Part shown: in pieces, positions 29,212-38,882 of the stretch
Position numbering within the stretch: position 1 is the stretch's first letter
Layout of the letters: each line of letters begins with the position of its first letter
Assembly: GCA_038213805.1 (NCBI GenBank)
Contig: JBBQSO010000001.1
Coordinates: forward strand, 101,005 to 165,004
Source: Planctomycetota bacterium
GTDB lineage: Bacteria; Planctomycetota; UBA11346
DNA: 64,000 nt
Reading direction: 5' to 3'
Made by a program: the position numbers and the translations under genes
Notes under the pieces: model-generated
Told to the model about the DNA's origin: nothing
The model's input: the letters and a program-made list of their open reading frames with translations, nothing else
Databases searched by the model: none

Positions 29212-29605
29212 TATTGCAAGATGGAGCGCATGATTGGCGATCTTTCTTATTGTCATTCAATGACTTGCGACCAAGGATCTACAGCATATTCGGAGCCGTC
29301 AGCGCTCGGCAACGGGCCCAGGTGTTTTTAGTAACAGTTGTAGGCGGAGACGGTCCCCATGGCTTTCAAACGCATTCCCACCACGACTCGCTTCATCCGC
29401 CGTGCTGCTGGTGCTCCCAGTCGCAGCGCCCCCGATCAGGCGCCTGGAAACTCCCAGACCAGGCCCGGAACTGCCAGCGATGCGGGGCTGACGGCGCGCA
29501 AGGACTCCCAGGTGCCATCGCGCCCCCTGTGGCTGTGAGTGTCCGCAACACACCTGGGTAAGGTCGCGCAGGGTGCCTGACGCGCTGCCCATGTGCAGCG
29601 ACCAC

Positions 29606-30958
29606 TCAGCGACTTTCGAAACACCCCACATCCGGATGCTTCCCGACGAATGGGAAGCCGATCTCGACGCCCCGGTCGATGCACTGGCTGCCGGGAGCGA
29701 GATGCATGAAGGTCACATCCGGCAGGCTGCCGTCCGCTTTACGCGGCTGGACCAGTTGCGCCTCGTCGACGCTGAGGAAATCGGCGTCGGTGACCGTCAG
29801 CCCGAGGTCGAAGGAATTGGCCACCGCCTCGCTGTGTGCGGCGTCCAGGTTGGTCAGCTCCCTGCCGCCCTTGTAGCCGAGATTGTTCTTCAGCACGTGG
29901 CCCGCGCCGGGCACGTTGAGATCGAAGTGCTCGCCGTCGGGATCATTCACGCGCTCAAGCATGTTGTAGTTGTTGCCATTCCGGTAGGCGCTGTTGCTCA
30001 GCCAGTCGCCGCCCGTGAGGTGGTGGTTGGCGTAGAAGCCGCTGGCCTTGTTGCGCACCGCCAGGCAGAAGCGCACGGTGTGGCGCGGCATCGGGCTGGG
30101 CAGGCGCGCGGTCGGCGTGCGCGCCCAGCCGCCGGCCTTGAAACCGTTGCCGTCGCCCAGGCTGGTGAAGGCGGTGGAGTAGCCGTTGTCCATCGCCCAG
30201 CAGTGGTCGAACACCACCGCCTCGCAGGCGGTGATGCAGTCGTAGCCGTCATCGCTGTTGAACCACGCGCGGCATCCGCGGAACACGTTCCCGGTGCTGC
30301 CTTTTCGCGGGTGGCACCCGAACCCATCGGTGTTGCCGCCGCTGCCGTCTTCGGAGACGTGATCGTGGTTGCGGTAGGCGTCGCAGTTCAGGATCAAATT
30401 GTTAGATCCGCCCACCAGGTAGAGACCGATCGCCTGGCCGTCGTGCATGGCCAGGTTCTCGTAGATGTTGTCGCTGCCCAGGTTCTCGAAGCATTCCGAC
30501 TGGGTGTGGGTCTTGATGGTGACCTGGACGCCGGTCACCGCGAAGCCCTTGAAGCGCAACCACGAGCCGGTGACGTGGAAGGCGATGATGCGCAGGCCCT
30601 CGGCGCGCACCTGCGCGAAGTCGAAGACCGGCTGCTCGTCGTGGTAGGCGACGTAGCTGATCGGCGCCGCCTGCGTCCCGCTCTTGTCGAGCGCGAAGAT
30701 GTGGGCGAAGACACCGACCTTGCGCGCGATCTGCTCTTCACGCACGTGGTAGGTGCCGCCGCGGATGAGCACGGTATCGCCCGGCGCTGCGGCCGCCTGC
30801 GCGCGCGTCACGCTGGCGAAGGGCTGGGCCAGCGTCCCGGCGTGGGCGTCATCGCCGTCGGGAGCGATGACATATTCCGCTGCGCCGCAGGCGTGCGCCA
30901 GGGTGGTAAAAAGCAGAATCGCCCACGTGGCGCGAGAAAGGACGCGGGCCATGGTCAC
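29606..30958 (-). CDS. Polysaccharide lyase family 9-like right-handed beta-helix protein
   Basis: GDTVLIRGGTY, LNCDAYRNHD, GNTDGFG, GCRAWFNSDDGYD, GDGNGFKAGG motifs. Confidence 0.88.
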   Translation of the reverse strand: MTMARVLSRATWAILLFTTLAHACGAAEYVIAPDGDDAHAGTLAQPFASVTRAQAAAAPGDTVLIRGGTYHVREEQIARKVGVFAHIFALDKSGTQAAPISYVAYHDEQPVFDFAQVRAEGLRIIAFHVTGSWLRFKGFAVTGVQVTIKTHTQSECFENLGSDNIYENLAMHDGQAIGLYLVGGSNNLILNCDAYRNHDHVSEDGSGGNTDGFGCHPRKGSTGNVFRGCRAWFNSDDGYDCITACEAVVFDHCWAMDNGYSTAFTSLGDGNGFKAGGWARTPTARLPSPMPRHTVRFCLAVRNKASGFYANHHLTGGDWLSNSAYRNGNNYNMLERVNDPDGEHFDLNVPGAGHVLKNNLGYKGGRELTNLDAAHSEAVANSFDLGLTVTDADFLSVDEAQLVQPRKADGSLPDVTFMHLAPGSQCIDRGVEIGFPFVGKHPDVGCFESR

Positions 30959-33282
30959 TTGCCATTCCCAGCTGCAGCCGGAGCAATGTGGTACTGCGCA
31001 CCGCGCACGGTGTCGAAGCCCAAGCGCCCGCCCGCGATGACCACGGCAACCGCAGCATCCGCTCCGACGACACTGACAACGGGTGCCCCATCCGCCCAGG
31101 GCACGGCCAGCGAGCAGCGCCCGCCAACCGCGCTGACCAGGTCGATCGGGCCGACCGCGCCGTGCGCGAAGGCCGCACTGATGCGGAAGCCACCTTCTGC
31201 CGCGAGGTCATGGAAGGATGCGTCGCGACCGCTCGGCCAATTCGGGAACACGCGAATCACGCCACCCTGGCTCTGCAACAGCATGGAATCAATCGCCTCG
31301 ATGGCACCGACCGATTCGATGCCGTGCACCGGGGGCATGATGGTGAGATTGGCGCGCAGCGACGCGTGGTCGCCGCGATCGTCGTAAGGCTGTCGACCGG
31401 CGAGCATCAAGCGCAGGTTGTCGAGCACCGCCTGCGCCGGCCAGCCGGAACGGACCGCCTGGGTGTAGATCTTCGGGAAGCAGTTGGCCTGGAACCACGA
31501 TTGCTTGCCCTCCACGGGGCAGAGCTCCGCGACGGTATTGCGCGCGATCGCGAAGGCGGCCTCATCGCCAGCATCCAGACCCTCACCGGGGAAGACATGG
31601 AAGAGCACGTCGCTGTTGTCGCCAGCGCCGCCGAGCGACATGCGCGTGCGGTTCTCGGCCTCCTTGAAGATGGTCGCGCCGCCCGCGACCATGGTCGGGT
31701 AGGCCGCGAGGTGGTCGAGGTAGCCGCGCCAGCGCAGCTGGTCCGCGGGGGTGATGTGGATGACCTCGTCCCCGCTGCGCTGACCGTCGAGGTGGTCCGC
31801 GGTCTGCAGCAGGAAGCGGTAGATCGTGCGCACGAAGGCCAGCTCGTTGATCGGATTGGTGTCGTGGCCGCCCTCGCGCGTCGAGCTATCGGCAATGATC
31901 CAGCGCTTCCCGCTCTCATCCCAGGTCAGGTTGTCCTGCCAGAACAGGTCCAGTTCGTGCAGCAGCGGCCAGGCCTTCTCGACCAGGAAGGCGTCGTCGC
32001 GGGTGTAACGCCAGTGCATGAGAAACCCCAGGCAGGCCAACGACGCGTTGCCCTTCATGTTCAGCGTGCGGGTGTCGGTAAAGCCGCTCCAGGCGTGAGC
32101 GTTGACCCCGAACAGCACGCCCTTGGTGCCGTGCTCCGCGGCGAGCGCGCGGCCCGCGGGAATCAGCTTCAGGATGACGTCGTAGTACGGCGCGGCGAGC
32201 TCGGCACGGTTGCAGGAATACACCCCCCACCAGGTGGCCTCGAAGTTGTAGTCGAGGGTGTAGCGGTTGCCCCAGCACACCGGCCCGTCCAGATGCCATG
32301 GTCCGGCCAAGCCCGGCGCCACCGCACCCGCGCGCGCGGAGCAGCCCAGGACGTAGAGTGCACCGTAGTAGTAGCCTTCGACGAGGTCGTCATCGAGGCG
32401 GATGGACGAGCGCGCCCAATAGGCACGCCACCAGGCGAGGTGGGTGGCGCGACGCTGGCTGAGTGCGGACGCGTCGCAGCGCGCGGCCAGCGCTTGAGCC
32501 CCGGCCACCTGATCGCTGCTGCCGACACCGCCGGCGACCGCGGTCACGACGGTCACGGAGCCGTGCGCAGGGATGGTGAAGGCCGCCGTCGCCGTCCCCT
32601 TGCCGTCCGCGGCCATGATCGCCGTGACCCCCAGCACGCGCGTGACCAGCGCCGCCCTGGTGGTGGTCGGTTTGCCATCCATGGTCACCGCGAACTCGCG
32701 CGTCGACCATAGTGCGTCGCCCGCGCTGCCCGAAGCGATGGTGGCGCGTGCCGCATGCGACCACAGTGCCAGATCGACGGCGATGGACGCGTCTCCGTCG
32801 ACCGACAACTCGGTCACCAGCAGGTCGCCATCATCCGCGGTCCAGGCGCGCGCACGCACGTCGCCGCCCGCCAGCGGTATCAGCGAGCGCACCTCGGCCA
32901 GGGCCAGGTCCTGCTCCTGGCGGTAGCGCGTGGCTTCCCCCGCGAGTGCGTGGAAGCGCAGCGTCAGGCCGCCGACGCCGCGGGTCGACTGGCTGAGGTT
33001 GGCCTTGGAGATGTAATAGGTCTGCGTGGTGGCGGTGCCGCCGACGGCGACGGCGAGGTCGCCGTTGCCCAGCAGCGGACCATCGGGGACGCGGCAACCC
33101 TTGATGGCGGGGTCGGGCGTGCCGACCGTTGCCGGTGGCGCGGTGTAGACGCCCACGTGGCGCGCCACCGGCGACACCTCGGCAGCCGGTGCGCTCTCCA
33201 CTCCGCACAGGCCGGGCGCGGCCTGGAGGCAGATGACGAGCGGCAGGAAGAGGACGGACGCGCGGCGCAGCTGATGGGGCAC
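30955..33282 (-). CDS. GH95-like glycoside hydrolase (divergent)
   Basis: PLLGNGD, YTLDYNFE, SMLLQSQGGVIRVFPNWP and LAAEGGFRISA motifs. GTG start at 33282 with SD GGAGG. Confidence 0.8.
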   Translation of the reverse strand: MPHQLRRASVLFLPLVICLQAAPGLCGVESAPAAEVSPVARHVGVYTAPPATVGTPDPAIKGCRVPDGPLLGNGDLAVAVGGTATTQTYYISKANLSQSTRGVGGLTLRFHALAGEATRYRQEQDLALAEVRSLIPLAGGDVRARAWTADDGDLLVTELSVDGDASIAVDLALWSHAARATIASGSAGDALWSTREFAVTMDGKPTTTRAALVTRVLGVTAIMAADGKGTATAAFTIPAHGSVTVVTAVAGGVGSSDQVAGAQALAARCDASALSQRRATHLAWWRAYWARSSIRLDDDLVEGYYYGALYVLGCSARAGAVAPGLAGPWHLDGPVCWGNRYTLDYNFEATWWGVYSCNRAELAAPYYDVILKLIPAGRALAAEHGTKGVLFGVNAHAWSGFTDTRTLNMKGNASLACLGFLMHWRYTRDDAFLVEKAWPLLHELDLFWQDNLTWDESGKRWIIADSSTREGGHDTNPINELAFVRTIYRFLLQTADHLDGQRSGDEVIHITPADQLRWRGYLDHLAAYPTMVAGGATIFKEAENRTRMSLGGAGDNSDVLFHVFPGEGLDAGDEAAFAIARNTVAELCPVEGKQSWFQANCFPKIYTQAVRSGWPAQAVLDNLRLMLAGRQPYDDRGDHASLRANLTIMPPVHGIESVGAIEAIDSMLLQSQGGVIRVFPNWPSGRDASFHDLAAEGGFRISAAFAHGAVGPIDLVSAVGGRCSLAVPWADGAPVVSVVGADAAVAVVIAGGRLGFDTVRGAQYHIAPAAAGNGK

Positions 33283-33673
33283 GAAATCTCCTCCGCATGG
33301 CGAGTCGGATCTGCTCAAGCATACCCCCGTGGCGGCAGGCTGGGGACGGTGACACGGGTCATGTCCGCCGTGCCTGCGTGCCGCCACGGGCGGTGGCATC
33401 GCCCGAGCCTTTCCGGGACCGTTTCCGCGGCGCCGGTCCGGCACATCGGTCGCAGCGGTCGGAGATGAAGTACCGCCTGCATTTTCAGATGTTTACAGGA
33501 CTTCAGTCCTCCGTCGTGGTCATTTCGTCACCTGCTTGGTAGCATTTCCGATGAAGCCTGATCCGCGTCTTCCGAGGGGTGCGGATCGACCCTCCGACGC
33601 AGTCTGGCCCTAGCCGGCGCGCGATCACGAATGTACCATCGGACATGACCACCGTGCCGTCTTCCGTGGTGCC

Positions 33674-34540
33674 GTGATGGCTGAAGACGACTGGGCCGGC
33701 GAGGTCCTGGCGCAGGCGCTGCCCGGCCTGCGTGCGACGCGTCGCCGCGACCAGCCGCCCGAGGGCGTGATGGTCGCGCTGCGCAGCGTGCAGCACGTCC
33801 ACGTGACGCGCGGGCGCTTCGGACCGAGCTGGTCGCAGCGCCTGGTGATGGCGAAGTGGGTGATCTCCGGCGCCGCGGTCATGGAGGTAGGCGGCGAGCG
33901 CCTGCGCTTCGGCCCGGGTCAGGTGGCGCTCTACCTGCCCACCAACCCGCACCGCTTCTGGGCGCTCGAAGCGGTCAACGAGATGTGCTGGATCACCACC
34001 GACGGGCCCTTTGCCGAGCAGCTGGTTCTGGAACTCGGCCTGCGCCCCGGCGTCTATGACGTGCCGCCGCCGACGCCCGCGCGCCTGCAGGAACTTGCCG
34101 CCAGCCTCACCGACCACTCCGCGCCGGCGCGGCGCCGCGCCAGCCTGCTGGCGATCGCGGAGTGGCACCGCCTGGCGGACCTGATCGGCGTGCAGCCGCG
34201 CGTCTCGCACATCGGCCGCGCTGGCGAGATCATCGCCCAGGAGTTCGCCGACCCCGAGCTGTCCGCCGCAAGCATCGCGCGGCGCATCGGGTACCATCGC
34301 GGTTCGCTCAGCCGCATCTTCCGGCGCGAGACCGGCGAAACCATCATCGGCCACCTCACCCGGGTGCGGCTACGCGAGGCGCAGGCGCTGCTCGCGCACA
34401 CCACCGAGCCGGTCGTCGCGATCGCCCACCAGTGCGGCTTCCGCGACGTGGCGTACTTCTGCCGCTGGTACCGCAAACACACCGGCACCACGCCCGGTGC
34501 GCGGCGGCGCGCGACCGCGGAGGATGTTGGGGCGGGATAA
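33674..34540 (+). CDS. AraC family transcriptional regulator
   Basis: Cupin-like N-terminus and C-terminal double HTH (LSRIFRRETG, IAHQCGFRDVAYFCRWYRKHTGTTP). Divergent from the GH95-like gene. Confidence 0.92.
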   Translation: MMAEDDWAGEVLAQALPGLRATRRRDQPPEGVMVALRSVQHVHVTRGRFGPSWSQRLVMAKWVISGAAVMEVGGERLRFGPGQVALYLPTNPHRFWALEAVNEMCWITTDGPFAEQLVLELGLRPGVYDVPPPTPARLQELAASLTDHSAPARRRASLLAIAEWHRLADLIGVQPRVSHIGRAGEIIAQEFADPELSAASIARRIGYHRGSLSRIFRRETGETIIGHLTRVRLREAQALLAHTTEPVVAIAHQCGFRDVAYFCRWYRKHTGTTPGARRRATAEDVGAG

Positions 34541-34592
34541 GATGACTGCCGGACTGCCGCGCGTGGCCGCCACTGCCCCGCGTACCCATTCC

Positions 34593-35354
34593 TTACGGTG
34601 CGTGCGGCGCCACCGCCGCCGCGTCCCACGCATGCAACCACTCGACCGCCATCAGCCCGTGACCGTTATAGGTCGGATGGACGCCGTCCCAGATCCAATA
34701 ATCGGCCGGTGCGCGCGCGCAGGCCGCGGTGAACAGCCCTTGATAGCGCACCAGCGGCGCGTGGTACTTGCGGGCGAGACGCGCGACCGCGTCCTGGTAG
34801 GCCGCCATGGCAGTGGCGTGCGCGGGGAAGCCCTCGACAAAGCGGCCCACCGGCAGCAGGAACGGCTCGCCCAGCACCAGGCGCACTGCGGGCAGCGCAG
34901 CCACGGTGCGCGCCAGCAGCGCGTCGTAGTCCGCTTCATAGGTCTCCACCGCGTGCGCGGCGGTGCCATTCCCGGCGTGCGAGAAGTCGTTGACGCCGAC
35001 CAGGATGCTGAGCACGTCCGGCTTGAGGTCGAGCGCATCCTGCTGCCAGCGCTGCGCGAGGTCGGCGACGCGGTTGCCGCTGACGCCACGGTTGAGGAAC
35101 TCCAGCTTGCGCTCCGGCCACGCCGCGCCGAGCTGCGCCGCGATCAGGAACTGGTAGCCGTGGCCAAGGATGTGGTTCGGGTCCGGCGAGCGACCGCGGT
35201 TGCCGTCGGTGATGGAATCGCCCTGGAAGAGGATGCGCGTGCCGACCGGCAAAGCCTGGATGCCTGGGGGAGGTTCGGCGGCAGGCCCCGCGGCGCAGGC
35301 GACGGCAAGCAGTGAAAAAATGAGCGTACGTGCGACGATCAAGGACACGGACAT
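34593..35354 (-). CDS. SGNH/GDSL hydrolase (putative acetylesterase)
   Basis: FQGDSITD, NRGVSG, GVND and DGVHP blocks; signal peptide. Confidence 0.92.
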   Translation of the reverse strand: MSVSLIVARTLIFSLLAVACAAGPAAEPPPGIQALPVGTRILFQGDSITDGNRGRSPDPNHILGHGYQFLIAAQLGAAWPERKLEFLNRGVSGNRVADLAQRWQQDALDLKPDVLSILVGVNDFSHAGNGTAAHAVETYEADYDALLARTVAALPAVRLVLGEPFLLPVGRFVEGFPAHATAMAAYQDAVARLARKYHAPLVRYQGLFTAACARAPADYWIWDGVHPTYNGHGLMAVEWLHAWDAAAVAPHAP

Positions 35355-35504
35355 GGACTCTCCGCAAGGGGCATGGCGATCGGGACGGATGGTGGCGAAC
35401 CCCGACGCGGTGATGAAGTATACCCGGCTGCGGCAGCCGCGCTGAGCGCCGGCTGATGGACTTCGACTACGATCGAGGCGTGGCGGTCGCCGCTACACGG
35501 GGAC

Positions 35505-35530
35505 GTCTCGTACCCATCAGGAATGGTTAC
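35505..35530 (-). promoter_or_regulatory. Predicted ECF promoter (GTAAC-N15-CGAGAC)
   Basis: The minus strand reads GTAACCATTCCTGATGGGTACGAGAC, ~150 nt upstream of the SGNH gene. Confidence 0.5.
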
Positions 35531-35674
35531 GCTCCTGGTTTCGTCATCGTCGTTCACCCTCGCGCCAGGGTGCGCGCCAGGCGCCTGGCTCCTTGCACGC
35601 GCGCTGACGGCATGTGCCACCGCCCAGCATTCCAGATTGCCCCGCTTCCGCTGCCACCTACAAGAATCGTGCTC

Positions 35675-36097
35675 ATGGGACGTACTCGCCAGCCGACACG
35701 ATTCGCCGCCCTTGCGGCCCTGATGCTGGGAGCATGGCTCCTGCTGCTCCAGGCCCTGCCGTGCGGGTTTGCAATCTGCCTCGAAGCGGACGGCCAGATG
35801 CAGCTCGAGCTGGTCGGCCAGGCATGTTGCGCTCCCCACCCGGCCGCGGGCGCGGGCGATCTGATCGCCACCACCAGTGATCAGTGCACCACCTGCCAGG
35901 ATCTGGCCCTGCTCCATCAGGCCGCAGTGCTGATGCGGGTGCCAATGGCGTCGCCAGCGCAAATGGACCGCGGGCTTGCCCTGGTCACAGTGCTCTGCTG
36001 GCCCGCGCCGACCAGCCGTACGCTTCCGACCTGGTCGGCGGGCTGCGGGCCGGCACCGCACCTGTCGCGACTCGCCACCATCATCATCCGCTGTTGA
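35675..36097 (+). CDS. Small Cys/His-containing membrane/exported protein preceding czcCBA
   Basis: Hydrophobic N-terminus, ICLEADG, CC..H, CTTC and C-terminal TIIIRC. Position typical of leader genes of heavy-metal RND operons. Confidence 0.55.
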   Translation: MGRTRQPTRFAALAALMLGAWLLLLQALPCGFAICLEADGQMQLELVGQACCAPHPAAGAGDLIATTSDQCTTCQDLALLHQAAVLMRVPMASPAQMDRGLALVTVLCWPAPTSRTLPTWSAGCGPAPHLSRLATIIIRC

Positions 36098-36106
36098 GCG
36101 GGATCC

Positions 36107-36138
36107 GCAAAGCGGCGCCGTACGGCGCTCCGCTTTGC
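36107..36138. other. Strong hairpin between the leader gene and czcC
   Basis: GCAAAGCGG-CGCCGTACGGCG-CT-CCGCTTTGC nested inverted repeat. Confidence 0.5.
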
Positions 36139-36201
36139 GCATCTTGACTCCACCCCGCACGCCCAGCGCCCAACGCGCCTGGCGTCAGCCCGGATGATCC
36201 C

Positions 36202-37545
36202 ATGCCATCGCCCCTGCATGCGCTGCCCATCGTGGCGGCGCTCCTCGTCGCCCTGTCGGGCTGCGACGCTCCGCGCGCCACCGTGGCCGCTGGCGGAATC
36301 GGAGCACCGCCCTTGCCGCCAGCCGCTGCGCCAGGCACCTCGGCCCCAGCACCCGCTCCGCCTCCGGCGTTCGCGGACGGGGCGACCCTGACCGTCGCCC
36401 AGGTCGTGGCCCTGGCCCTGAGCCATGACCCGCGCGCCGCCCTGAACCGCGCCAATCAGCGCCTTGCGCTGGCCCACGTCACCGAGGCGCGCGCCTGGAA
36501 CGATCCGGAGGCCGAGATCGAGCTGGGGCGCGCCACCACCCGCGACGCCGAGGTGAGGGCCGTCGGCCGGGTCAGCATCCGCCAGCGCATGGAGTGGCCA
36601 GGAAAGCGCTCCGCGCGCATCGACGCGGCCGAAGCGGGGGGTGCCGTCGCTGAAAGTACACGGCTGCTGGCGCGCCTCGCAGTGGCCGGCGAGGCGTGCG
36701 CTACCGCCCTGGACGTGGCTGTCGACCAGCAGGGTCTCGCGCAGACGCGCGCGGGCCAGGCGCTCGCCCAGGAGGTGGTTGCGGCGGTGGAGCGCCGCGT
36801 GGCGGCCGGCGAGGCCGGTCGCGCCGAGTTGCTGCGCGCCAAGGTCGACGCCCTGCAGGCCGAGCAGACCGTCGTTGGGGTCGCGGACGATCTCAATGCC
36901 GCGCGCGCGCTGCTCGTCAGCATCTGCGGCGACGGACTGCCGACCGCCTACGCCATCGCACCGCTGACCGATCGCGACCTCCCACCGACCCTGGAGGACG
37001 CGCTGATGACCGCTGCCCAGCACCACCCCGACGTGCTGCGGCTGGACACGTTGCTGCGGCAGCAGCAGCGCGAAGTCGAGCGCGAACGCGCTGCCGCCTA
37101 TCCGGACCTGACGGTGGGGGTCTTTGCCGGCCGTGAGAGCGACAGCCGCATTCTAGGCATGTCGCTCGGCATCGCGGTGCCGGTGTGGAACCGGAACCGG
37201 GGCGAGATCGCCGTCGCAGAGGCCGAGCACGAACGCCTCGCCGCGGAGCTGGGCGTCAAAACCCTCAACCTGCGCCGCGAGGTCGAAGCCGCCTGGCGGG
37301 CCCATGACCGGGCGGGTGCGCAGGCCGCGCGTGCCGCGGGCACCGTGCGCCCAGCGTCACAAGAGGCGTTGCGACTTGCACTCGGGTCGTACCAGGCCGG
37401 TGAAACGTCCCTGCTGGACCTCCTCGACGCCCGGCGCACAGCGCAGGCCATCGATGCGGCCAGCCTCGACGCACAGCGCCAAGCCCACGCCACGCGCCTC
37501 CGTCTCGTCCTCGCCATCGGAACGCTGCCAGGAACCGCGCCATGA
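36202..37545 (+). CDS. czcC: TolC/CzcC-family outer membrane efflux protein
   Basis: Lipobox LSGC, WPGKRSARI, PVWNRNRGEI, YQAGETSLLDLLDA. Confidence 0.85.
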   Translation: MPSPLHALPIVAALLVALSGCDAPRATVAAGGIGAPPLPPAAAPGTSAPAPAPPPAFADGATLTVAQVVALALSHDPRAALNRANQRLALAHVTEARAWNDPEAEIELGRATTRDAEVRAVGRVSIRQRMEWPGKRSARIDAAEAGGAVAESTRLLARLAVAGEACATALDVAVDQQGLAQTRAGQALAQEVVAAVERRVAAGEAGRAELLRAKVDALQAEQTVVGVADDLNAARALLVSICGDGLPTAYAIAPLTDRDLPPTLEDALMTAAQHHPDVLRLDTLLRQQQREVERERAAAYPDLTVGVFAGRESDSRILGMSLGIAVPVWNRNRGEIAVAEAEHERLAAELGVKTLNLRREVEAAWRAHDRAGAQAARAAGTVRPASQEALRLALGSYQAGETSLLDLLDARRTAQAIDAASLDAQRQAHATRLRLVLAIGTLPGTAP

Positions 37546-38879
37546 ACGCCCCACTCCATCACTCCGGCCGCATGTTCCTCGTCCAGGCGCTGGCGATGCT
37601 CGTGTCCTGCGGTGTGGCCCAGGGCGCAGAGCCCGAGCAGGCCGTGCGCCCGGGAACCACCAGCACCGGGCGGGTTGTCGAAGGCGATGCGGCCGGCGCG
37701 AGACCGCCGGGTCCCGGCGAGCGGGTGGACGGGCCTGGCATGGGGACCACTGCGGCAGTGGCGACCATCACCCTGTCCCCGGAGATCATCGCGCGCTTCG
37801 CCGTCACCACGCACCGGCTCGAAGCCATGGTGCTGCGTGATCCGATCGTCGCGCCTGGGACGGTGGCATTCCGCCCGGAAACCACGGTCCACGTCGGCAC
37901 CGTGGTGCTGGGGCGCGTGGCCACCATCCATGCCCAACTCGGCGACGCGGTGAACGCCGGCGATCCCCTGGTAACCATCGACAGCCCGGACCTGGGCATG
38001 GCACAAAACGAGTGGTTGCAGAAGCGCGCGGCGATCGCGGTCGTCGCGGCGGATGCCGACATCGCGGAGCAGACGCACCTGCGAGCACAGCTTCTCGCCA
38101 AGGACGACAACATCGCGGCTGGCGAGGCGCAGCGCCGGGCGGGTGACGCCCGCAAGGCCCAGGCGGCACTCCTGGCCGCCCGGGTCGCAGCCCAGACGGC
38201 CGAGAACACGCTGCGCATCCATGGACTCGATCAGGCCGCCATCGATGCGCTGGCGCAAACCGGATCCGTGACCACCCGCCTGGTCATCCGTGCCGCTCTC
38301 GCGGGCACGGTGATCGCCAGCGGCGTGACCGTCGGCGAGGTCGTGCGCCCTGAGACCGAGGCGCTGATGACCATCGCCGACACCCGGCACCTGGTGGTGA
38401 TCGCCCAGGTGCCCTCTGCCGACATCCCGACCATCACCATCGGCAGCCCGGCGCGCGTCACCACCCCAGGACGGGACGGGAATCCGCTCGCCGCGACCGT
38501 CGCCTACATCGCCCCACAGGTGGACGCGGATACGCGGACCGTCCAGGTGCGCCTGCTCATCGAAGCCGGTCCGGGCATCTCATCGGGGAGCTTCGTCGAT
38601 GTGGAGATCTCACCCAGCCCTCCGACGGGCGTTCAGGAACCCGCGATCATCGCCATCCCGCGTACTGCGCTCTTCAGCGCGGGAGGCGCCGCAGTGGTCT
38701 TCGTGGCGGAAGCGGGGCGACCTGGAACCTTCTCCATGCGCAAGGTCGCGATTGCTCCGGCAAGGGGCACCTTGATCCCGATCATTTCCGGAGTCGAGGC
38801 GGGCGATGCGCTCGTTGATCACGGCGGCTTCGTGATCAAGGCGGAGTTCGGCAAAGCCGGCGCCAAGGACGAGGACTGA
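37542..38879 (+). CDS. czcB: RND periplasmic adaptor (CzcB/CusB-like)
   Basis: LGDAVNAGDPL lipoyl-like motif, IRAALAGTVI, VDADTRTVQVR. Confidence 0.85.
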   Translation: MNAPLHHSGRMFLVQALAMLVSCGVAQGAEPEQAVRPGTTSTGRVVEGDAAGARPPGPGERVDGPGMGTTAAVATITLSPEIIARFAVTTHRLEAMVLRDPIVAPGTVAFRPETTVHVGTVVLGRVATIHAQLGDAVNAGDPLVTIDSPDLGMAQNEWLQKRAAIAVVAADADIAEQTHLRAQLLAKDDNIAAGEAQRRAGDARKAQAALLAARVAAQTAENTLRIHGLDQAAIDALAQTGSVTTRLVIRAALAGTVIASGVTVGEVVRPETEALMTIADTRHLVVIAQVPSADIPTITIGSPARVTTPGRDGNPLAATVAYIAPQVDADTRTVQVRLLIEAGPGISSGSFVDVEISPSPPTGVQEPAIIAIPRTALFSAGGAAVVFVAEAGRPGTFSMRKVAIAPARGTLIPIISGVEAGDALVDHGGFVIKAEFGKAGAKDED

Positions 38880-38882
38880 GCG

